This document shows, piece after piece, positions 55,898 through 64,000 of a stretch of DNA of 64,000 nt (position 1 is the first letter of the stretch; every line of letters starts with the position of its first letter). A program made the translations under genes and the position numbers. The notes under the pieces are model-generated. The model saw only the letters and a list, made by a program, of their open reading frames with translations, had not been told where the DNA came from and made no database searches. This stretch comes from Desulfobacteraceae bacterium. Lineage in GTDB: Bacteria; Desulfobacterota; Desulfobacteria; Desulfobacterales; JACKCP01. Location: NCBI GenBank assembly GCA_020633955.1, contig JACKCP010000006.1, forward strand, positions 34,404 through 98,403. The letters run 5' to 3'.

Positions 55898-57775
55898 TTG
55901 AATAGCACAACCTTTAACAACCCGTTTTTGATATCAAGGGTAGACAATCCCTTTCAAAACCATCCAGATATTAAATCCATTCATGAAAATGAATTCAAAA
56001 CTCTTTGTCAGGCAATAAGTGAAATTAAAAAAGACACAAACTCACAAAGCAGAGCAATTACAATTATCGGTGCTCCAGGCTGCGGAAAAACACATCTTGC
56101 CATGAGACTTGCCAATGAAATTCTATTTTCAAACAGGCTTTTATTCATAAGACAGCCAAACAACAGGGATTCTGTTTATCTGCACATTTACACAAGAATT
56201 CTTGAATCAATGGTCGAAAATGTGCCTGGCACTCCATATTCACAGCTTGCCTATCTCCTTGGAAAAAGTTTTTCTGCAATTATTATTAATCAGATAAAAA
56301 ATAAAGAAAACCTGAGCTTGAAGGATAAAAGCATCCTTGAAATCCTTCAGGCTGACCCCATGAATATTTATAAAAAAATTGGTGGAGAAGGTACTGAAAC
56401 AAGAAGAAGAAACTGGAAATATATTGAAAATATAACTCTTCAATGGTGGGAATCAAATTACGGACTTGGCGGACATTCCAAAGACATTTTAAAAGGTTTT
56501 ATAAAATACTGCTCATATACAGACCCTAAAAGAAAACACCTGATATACAGATGGCTTAATTTTTTGGATATTTCAGAGCAGGAAGCCGGACTTACAGGTC
56601 TTATGCCCCATAAAGAAAATGATATGCACGAAGAGTTTGCACTTGATGCAATGATTGTAATTTCAAGGCTTTCCCTTGCAGATGAGCCTCTTGTTATAAT
56701 TTTTGACCAGCTTGAAGGCCTCAAGTATAATGAAGATCTTCTTTTTAAATTTTTTGAATCAGTAAAAGAACTTTTCACTCATCTTCCCAATTCACTTTTT
56801 ATTTTTAATCTTTTTTCAGACAGGTGGGAAAATTGGCAAAAAATTCTTGACCCTTCAATAACTGACAGGCTTTCCCAGTCTGTTATTCATTTACAAGCTC
56901 CTGATTTCACAAAAAAAATCCAGATTCTTGAAATCAGAGCACAGGAAGCTGGCTTTTCCCTTGAAAATTTTTTCTCTGAAGATGAGTTAAGGGTTATAAC
57001 CAATAATTATTCAATAAGAAGTATGCTTGTATCTGCATCAAACCATTTCAGACACAAAACAGGCAGTCTTCCGCTGGCAGATACATACGAATCATTTGAA
57101 GAAAAAATTGAGAACCAGATTAAAGAACTAAAGCAGGAAATCAGTCAGCTTAAAAAATATCTTAATATCAGCCTTCCAACTTTTCGTGAAGTAATAGAAT
57201 CTGAAAGTATAGATTTTTTCATTGAAGAAAAAAAACAGGAACTTTTAAAGGAAAAGACAGAAAAAAGAGTTTATTCTGAAACAGACGATGCAGGAAAAAT
57301 CCTTGTGATTATAAACCTGTTTAAAGGCAAAATCATTACAGAAACCGGAAGGCTCAAGGCAGGTGCAAGAAAACTTCCAGAGCATGTTCTCATTAAAGGA
57401 TCAAGAAATGACATAATTGCAGGCTTTTTACATATGTCTGGAAACAGTCTTACAGGAAGGCTTAAAAACCTTTATACACTTTGTATTAATAATCCTTTAA
57501 CAGATTTTTACATTTTCAGAAATTTTTCATCATCTCCAGTTAAGTCAAAAATTGCAAAGGAAACCCTTGCAAAACTTAAGGAACTCAATAATTTCAAATT
57601 CAGGCTGATTTCAGAAAAAGAAAGACTTGAATTTGAAATAATATACGAGTTAATAACTGCCATTCAAAATAAAGATATTGAGGGAGATCCAATATTTGCA
57701 TTAAAAATTACCAGAAATAAATTTAGTTCATTATTTTTGTTTCAGCTTCTTGAATCAGCAGAAATTGCATTGTAG
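55898..57775 (+). CDS. P-loop NTPase (AAA+/STAND-like) of unknown function, 625 aa
   Basis: Walker A is ITIIGAPGCGKTHLAMRLA and Walker B-like is PLVIIFDQLEG. The centre is a coiled coil (EEKIENQIKELKQEISQLKK). The C-terminal ~200 aa are unassigned. The start codon is TTG. Confidence 0.7.
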   Translation: MNSTTFNNPFLISRVDNPFQNHPDIKSIHENEFKTLCQAISEIKKDTNSQSRAITIIGAPGCGKTHLAMRLANEILFSNRLLFIRQPNNRDSVYLHIYTRILESMVENVPGTPYSQLAYLLGKSFSAIIINQIKNKENLSLKDKSILEILQADPMNIYKKIGGEGTETRRRNWKYIENITLQWWESNYGLGGHSKDILKGFIKYCSYTDPKRKHLIYRWLNFLDISEQEAGLTGLMPHKENDMHEEFALDAMIVISRLSLADEPLVIIFDQLEGLKYNEDLLFKFFESVKELFTHLPNSLFIFNLFSDRWENWQKILDPSITDRLSQSVIHLQAPDFTKKIQILEIRAQEAGFSLENFFSEDELRVITNNYSIRSMLVSASNHFRHKTGSLPLADTYESFEEKIENQIKELKQEISQLKKYLNISLPTFREVIESESIDFFIEEKKQELLKEKTEKRVYSETDDAGKILVIINLFKGKIITETGRLKAGARKLPEHVLIKGSRNDIIAGFLHMSGNSLTGRLKNLYTLCINNPLTDFYIFRNFSSSPVKSKIAKETLAKLKELNNFKFRLISEKERLEFEIIYELITAIQNKDIEGDPIFALKITRNKFSSLFLFQLLESAEIAL

Positions 57776-57782
57776 GTATAAA

Positions 57783-58517
57783 ATGAATATTTATGAAAAT
57801 CTATTCACAGCCTTTAAAGGCCTTGCACAAGAAAAAACAATTGAAAAGATAGTTACCGGAAATTCATACACAGCTGTAAAACTGAAAGATTCAAGCATTG
57901 GTATTTCATATACCATGGGAAGTTTTGTATCAAAAAAATCAAATTATTATTCAGAAATAACAACTCTTGATATTTTATCTCTCATTACTGGAAACAGCTC
58001 TTATGATAAAACTGTTTCAATGGCTCTTATAAATGCTCTTAACTTTACCGAATGCTTAAAAATGCCTGAAGACAATAAAAATAGTGGTTTATTAAATCAA
58101 ATTGTATTTAATGAAAATACAAAAGTATCAATGGCTGGCTTTATTAAACCTCTGGCAGAAAAAATTATGTGCAAAGCCAAAAATATTGATGTCCTGGATT
58201 ACGGAAAAAATATTGGCTCAGAAAAGGATTTTTTTAGAAATCTAAAATCGGCTGATTATCTTATTCTTACTTCTACTTCTCTTTTAAACTCGAGTTTTCA
58301 AAAAATAATGGATGAATCAGGGGAAAATACTGAAATTTTTCTTACAGGTCCTACTACCCCCATGGCAAAAGAAGCTTTTAAGGAAACCAGGGTTAGCTTT
58401 CTTGCTGGCTCTCATTTTATTCCTCAATATGAAGAACAACTCATTGAAAATATTTCACTTGGATTCGGAACACCAGTTTTAAAAAAATTTCTAAGAAAAA
58501 TTTTTTTAAAACTATAA
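57783..58517 (+). CDS. DUF4213/DUF364-like (putative Rossmann-like chelatase fold) protein
   Basis: I place the start at the ATG at 57783 (MNIYENLF). GNSYTAVKLKDSSIGISYT matches the N-terminal pattern I recall for DUF4213, and the C-terminal half is Rossmann-like. Confidence 0.55.
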   Translation: MNIYENLFTAFKGLAQEKTIEKIVTGNSYTAVKLKDSSIGISYTMGSFVSKKSNYYSEITTLDILSLITGNSSYDKTVSMALINALNFTECLKMPEDNKNSGLLNQIVFNENTKVSMAGFIKPLAEKIMCKAKNIDVLDYGKNIGSEKDFFRNLKSADYLILTSTSLLNSSFQKIMDESGENTEIFLTGPTTPMAKEAFKETRVSFLAGSHFIPQYEEQLIENISLGFGTPVLKKFLRKIFLKL

Positions 58518-58520
58518 AAA

Positions 58521-59558
58521 TCAGTCAAGCCCGTATTTTTCGATTAGTTTTTTTCTTTCATATTTGATTTTTTCTGTTCTTTCAAATCTTTCAAGCTGAT
58601 TTTTAGTAAAAATCTGATTTTTTAAATTTGCGATTTCAATATCTTTTTCTTCTTTTGTAAGTGCCCCGTTTTCAAGAAGAACTTGTTTTTTTTCATTAAA
58701 ATCAGTTACTGCCTTATCATAAAGATTCATTTCGTCTTCAATATTTTTTCTTTTTTCAAGCATATCTTCAGTAAAATACTCTTTTTTCAGCTCTTGTTTC
58801 CTATATTCATATTGATCTTTATCTAATTCACTCATATCTTTTTGATTTATCAGAAGTGCTTCCATATATTTTTCATATGAAGACTTTATTTTTTCCTCCA
58901 AATTATATTTATCTTTTATTTCTTGTAAAAGTGCCTTTTTTTCATAAGCATAAAGATCTTTATCATGAATTACAGAATTTACTTCAATACGATATTTTTT
59001 AATTTTTGCCTCATCCTTATATAAAGCATTATATAACTCTTCTCCAAGATATTCTTTTCTAAATTCTTCTACATAATCAATTCTTTCTAATATTTCATTT
59101 TTATTTACAGGCATTGGAAGAAGGCTTAGTTTAACAGAAAGCTCTTCACTGCATTTTACAAATTCACTGTAATTTGAAAAAATAAAATCGGCTGTATCTT
59201 TATCATAATTTTTTTCCAAATAATTATAAACATCTTCAAAATGGGAAGACATATTAATTGAATCCTTAAATTTTGCAGTAATGAGTTTAAAAAGTTCAAT
59301 TAAATTATCTGGTTCAATCAAACTGCTCTCATTTTTCTTATTTATTCTTTTATTATTCATACTGCTTATTATTTTATTATTTTGATTATCAGCATTTTTT
59401 TTTGCAGAATTTAGTTCTTCATCATTAATAATTTGAGCTGATTTGGTTCTCTTAATTTCAAAATCATTATTGAAATTGTAAAATCCAGCAAAATAAATAA
59501 AAAACAGCAGAATTAAAATAAAACCTGCTGAAAATGAAAAAAAAGTTTTAATTCCCAT
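58521..59558 (-). CDS. Lipase-specific foldase (Lif / lipase chaperone family)
   Basis: N-terminal TM anchor, then a long helical body. EEFRKEYLGEELYNALYKDEAKIKKYRIEVNSVIHDKDLYAYEKKALLQEIKDKY aligns by eye with the Pseudomonas LipH region ALRARIFSNEAHVAFFADEETYNQFTLERLAIRQDGKLSAEEKAAAIDRLRASL. It lies immediately downstream of a family-I lipase gene. Confidence 0.7.
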   Translation of the reverse strand: MGIKTFFSFSAGFILILLFFIYFAGFYNFNNDFEIKRTKSAQIINDEELNSAKKNADNQNNKIISSMNNKRINKKNESSLIEPDNLIELFKLITAKFKDSINMSSHFEDVYNYLEKNYDKDTADFIFSNYSEFVKCSEELSVKLSLLPMPVNKNEILERIDYVEEFRKEYLGEELYNALYKDEAKIKKYRIEVNSVIHDKDLYAYEKKALLQEIKDKYNLEEKIKSSYEKYMEALLINQKDMSELDKDQYEYRKQELKKEYFTEDMLEKRKNIEDEMNLYDKAVTDFNEKKQVLLENGALTKEEKDIEIANLKNQIFTKNQLERFERTEKIKYERKKLIEKYGLD

Positions 59559-59570
59559 CTAAAACTCTCC

Positions 59571-59605
59571 CTCAAACCAAAAAAGGGCCCTGAAAAAGGC
59601 CCTTT
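59571..59605 (-). terminator. Intercistronic Rho-independent terminator/attenuator hairpin between the lipase and foldase genes
   Basis: 8-bp GC-rich stem aaagggcc / ggcccttt with an 8-nt loop. On the minus strand it is followed by TTTTTTGGTTT. The foldase RBS (GGGAGAG) follows directly. Confidence 0.7.
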
Positions 59606-59629
59606 AATTTTGATTAAGACTTTCCAAGT

Positions 59630-60514
59630 CTAAAAACCTCTGTTCTTTAAATCACTGACTATACCAACATAAAATGCAGGAGCATCAAATCCAGGAGTAA
59701 TACCAAACATCTGATCAACAATATTAAGATGATCAACTCCTGCACTGTACCATGCGCCGCTTTTTACACCTTTAAAATTTCCCCATTTTGCACTTTCAAC
59801 TCCAACAAGACCGTCATTTGCTCCTTCCTTTACAAGCATAATAAGCCAGGTGGGCTGTAGAATTAAACTGGGACAACTCCATTTTGCCTTTGCAGCATAA
59901 CTTTGGTAATAAATACCATCTATGTCAGGTGTGTTTGGGTTAAAAACGTTTTTCATGTAATCCGTTGTAAGATCAATTGCATTTTGCAGACTATCTGGAT
60001 TTGTATCACCGAACACCCAGGTATAAATAAAATCAAAAGCTCCGCCTACATCATCATGGAGTGAATCAGGAAGTGTATCAATTACCATATCCGCGATGGA
60101 ACTTCCCCTGTGTGGACCAGCGATGCTAGTGTAACTTGCAACATATGGTCCAAGTCCAAGGTTTGAAATCGCATACCTTGAGTAAAGAGTTCCATGGGAA
60201 TGTCCAATGATATTTACCTTTTCTTTTCCTGTTGCAGCAAGAATGTCTAAAACCTGTCTTTTGAAATCTTCTGCCTTTGCAATGGTTCCATCCATGCCGT
60301 TGACAGATGTTTTAAATACCGCAGCACCATTTTTTTCCAATTCATCATCAATGCTCCACCAATAATCAACAATTCCTAAAATTTCTGCACTTGCACCCAT
60401 GCCGTGCGCAAGAACAACAGGATATTTCGTAGAGGCGTCGCCAGCAAAAACATTATTTGATGAAAGAAGGCAAACTAAAAGACACAAACAAATTGAATTG
60501 AATAATTTTTTCAT
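59630..60514 (-). CDS. Secreted triacylglycerol lipase, bacterial family I.1/I.2-like
   Basis: I place the start at the ATG at 60514 (MKKLFNSICLCLLVCLLSSNNVFAG, a signal peptide), with GGAGA upstream. YPVVLAHGMGA is the oxyanion region and NIIGHSHGT is the GxSxG nucleophile elbow. ANDGLVGVES and GVDHLNIVDQ supply the Asp and His of the triad, as in Pseudomonas LipA. Confidence 0.85.
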   Translation of the reverse strand: MKKLFNSICLCLLVCLLSSNNVFAGDASTKYPVVLAHGMGASAEILGIVDYWWSIDDELEKNGAAVFKTSVNGMDGTIAKAEDFKRQVLDILAATGKEKVNIIGHSHGTLYSRYAISNLGLGPYVASYTSIAGPHRGSSIADMVIDTLPDSLHDDVGGAFDFIYTWVFGDTNPDSLQNAIDLTTDYMKNVFNPNTPDIDGIYYQSYAAKAKWSCPSLILQPTWLIMLVKEGANDGLVGVESAKWGNFKGVKSGAWYSAGVDHLNIVDQMFGITPGFDAPAFYVGIVSDLKNRGF

Positions 60515-60613
60515 TGCTTTTCTCCATAAAATTATCATTAACATAAACCACAAACACACAGATAAACACTGTTTACAGTGAGGCCAAAAAAAATAAGAAC
60601 TTTGTTTTTTCAA

Positions 60614-60642
60614 AATGTAACAAATTGATGCTTTAAGGTCAA
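60614..60642 (-). promoter_or_regulatory. Candidate sigma-70 promoter of the lipase operon
   Basis: The minus strand reads TTGACC (60642-60637) - 17 nt - TACATT (60619-60614), ~95 nt upstream of the lipase ATG. Confidence 0.3.
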
Positions 60643-60856
60643 CATTATATACTAAAACGAAATATATTTTCAGATCTGCAAGACAAAACATCGATAAAGT
60701 AATGGATAAAATTGGATTTATTATTCGTTTACGGAAATAATCATAATATAAATAAAGAACTCATAAAAATTTTTTTACCTCAGCCAAATATATTCTAAGT
60801 TTTATAAGAAAAAAACAGAGTCTTCAATAATTCAGCAGTTGATTTTAAATAGAATT

Positions 60857-60973
60857 GTAACTGTTAAGCTCCCAGGCAGGAGATAAAAAAACTATCTCCT
60901 GAAACCAGCTCAGAAAAAATACTACAGCCGTCACCAAAACACTTTTTTCTCAGTTTTTAAGCAGAATAGTTAC
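60857..60973 (+). mobile_element. Hairpin MITE family A, copy A7: left-arm deletion derivative (117 bp)
   Basis: gtaactgt is joined directly to taagctcccaggcaggagataaaaaaactatctcctg...ctcagtttttaagcagaatagttac. About 50 bp of the left arm is missing. The flanking 8-mers (atagaatt / aaataatt) match 6 of 8. Confidence 0.8.
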
Positions 60974-61000
60974 AAATAATTTAAAATAAAACACTTCTCT

Positions 61001-61038
61001 TAAAAATAAAAAACCCCTGAAGAAAAATCTTCAGGGGT
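61001..61038 (-). terminator. Rho-independent terminator of the rRNA operon
   Basis: 10-bp perfect stem acccctgaag / cttcaggggt with a 6-nt loop. On the minus strand it is followed by TTTTTATTTTA. It lies ~12 nt after the 5S 3' end. Confidence 0.85.
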
Positions 61039-61050
61039 TATATATTTTAT

Positions 61051-61165
61051 CCGGCAGCGTCCTACTCTCCCACACAGTCTACCATGCAGTACCATCGGCG
61101 ATGTAAGGCTTAACTTCCGTGTTCGGGATGGTTACGGGTGTGACCCTTACTCCATCGCCACCGAA
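61051..61165 (-). rRNA. rrf: 5S ribosomal RNA
   Basis: The reverse complement shows the conserved 5S core (...CCGAACACGGAAGTTAAGCC...GGTACTGCATGG...GGGAGAGTAGGACGCTGCCGG). It is ~115 nt long and lies downstream of the 23S. Confidence 0.93.
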
Positions 61166-61251
61166 TTTGTTAACTTACAATTCATAACGAGTCTTACTTC
61201 TACAACAGCTTCTTAACTTACGCAATTTATTTTTTATGACCATCAATATTG

Positions 61252-64000
<2,749 letters not shown>

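Noticed and set aside
59630-60691. Long version of the lipase ORF (353 aa), starting at 60691.
   Set aside because: The first 59 codons are hydrophobic, low-complexity sequence with no RBS. The internal ATG at 60514 has a GGAGA RBS and yields a textbook signal peptide, so I used the shorter gene.
1636-60900. The recurring hairpin caggagata-N8-tatctcctg looked at first like a dispersed or CRISPR-like repeat.
   Set aside because: The copies are kilobases apart, and each is the centre of the larger ~168-bp MITE. There is no array of regularly spaced repeats anywhere in the window, so this is not a CRISPR.
54800-61000. Considered calling the 54.8-61.0 kb block a genomic island or integrated mobile element.
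   Set aside because: No integrase, transposase, tRNA target or direct repeats that would delimit the block are visible. Only the repeat elements at both edges and the AT-rich, unknown-function content support the idea. I kept it as context for the individual findings rather than as a feature.
61166-61251. The 5S-23S spacer was checked for a tRNA or other embedded gene, and the 23S was checked for large intervening sequences.
   Set aside because: The spacer is only ~85 nt and has no cloverleaf-like features. The visible 23S portion is within a few tens of nt of the length expected from the E. coli landmarks I could align by eye, so there is no evidence for an IVS.

Overview
This is an AT-rich chromosomal segment. 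The gene content suggests an anaerobic Desulfobacterota-like bacterium (iorAB, an HdrD/GlcF-like CCG Fe-S protein, sigma-54 activators, a siroheme/heme cluster, very large multidomain sensor kinases), but this is inference only. I call 47 protein-coding genes, mostly housekeeping, plus the 3' part of an rRNA operon on the minus strand: a complete 5S and a 23S that runs off the window end. Recognisable genes include hisI-engB-era, mrcA, rnc, hemA, sirC-like, cysE, cobB, rdgB, ampG and iorAB. The most unusual content visible by eye is non-coding. (1) A ~168-bp long-hairpin MITE occurs in 7 copies. It has GTAAC termini, and 3 copies have perfect and 1 a near-perfect 8-bp target-site duplication. 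Two copies are internal-deletion derivatives. (2) A ~120-bp intergenic repeat has 3 good and 2 degenerate copies. The good copies carry a conserved 6-codon mini-ORF, MEYFE(D/N), overlapping a quasi-palindrome. (3) A shorter ~80-bp repeat occurs twice. Protein-level points worth follow-up are listed here. A Cys4 C-terminal module is shared by a response regulator and a PAS protein. A divergent pair of unknown genes (288 aa, and a 625-aa P-loop NTPase followed by a DUF4213/DUF364-like gene) sits next to a family-I lipase and Lif foldase operon, in a segment bounded by repeats beside the rrn operon. A sigma-54 activator has a Cys-rich PAS domain and lies beside an ACR3/BASS-like permease. There is a 2040-aa Ser/Thr-kinase/NTPase/GAF/PAS/His-kinase/receiver protein. 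A small HNH gene directly abuts era. I saw no CRISPR array, tRNA gene, integrase or transposase ORF. All family names rest on motifs read by eye, because no database search was possible.
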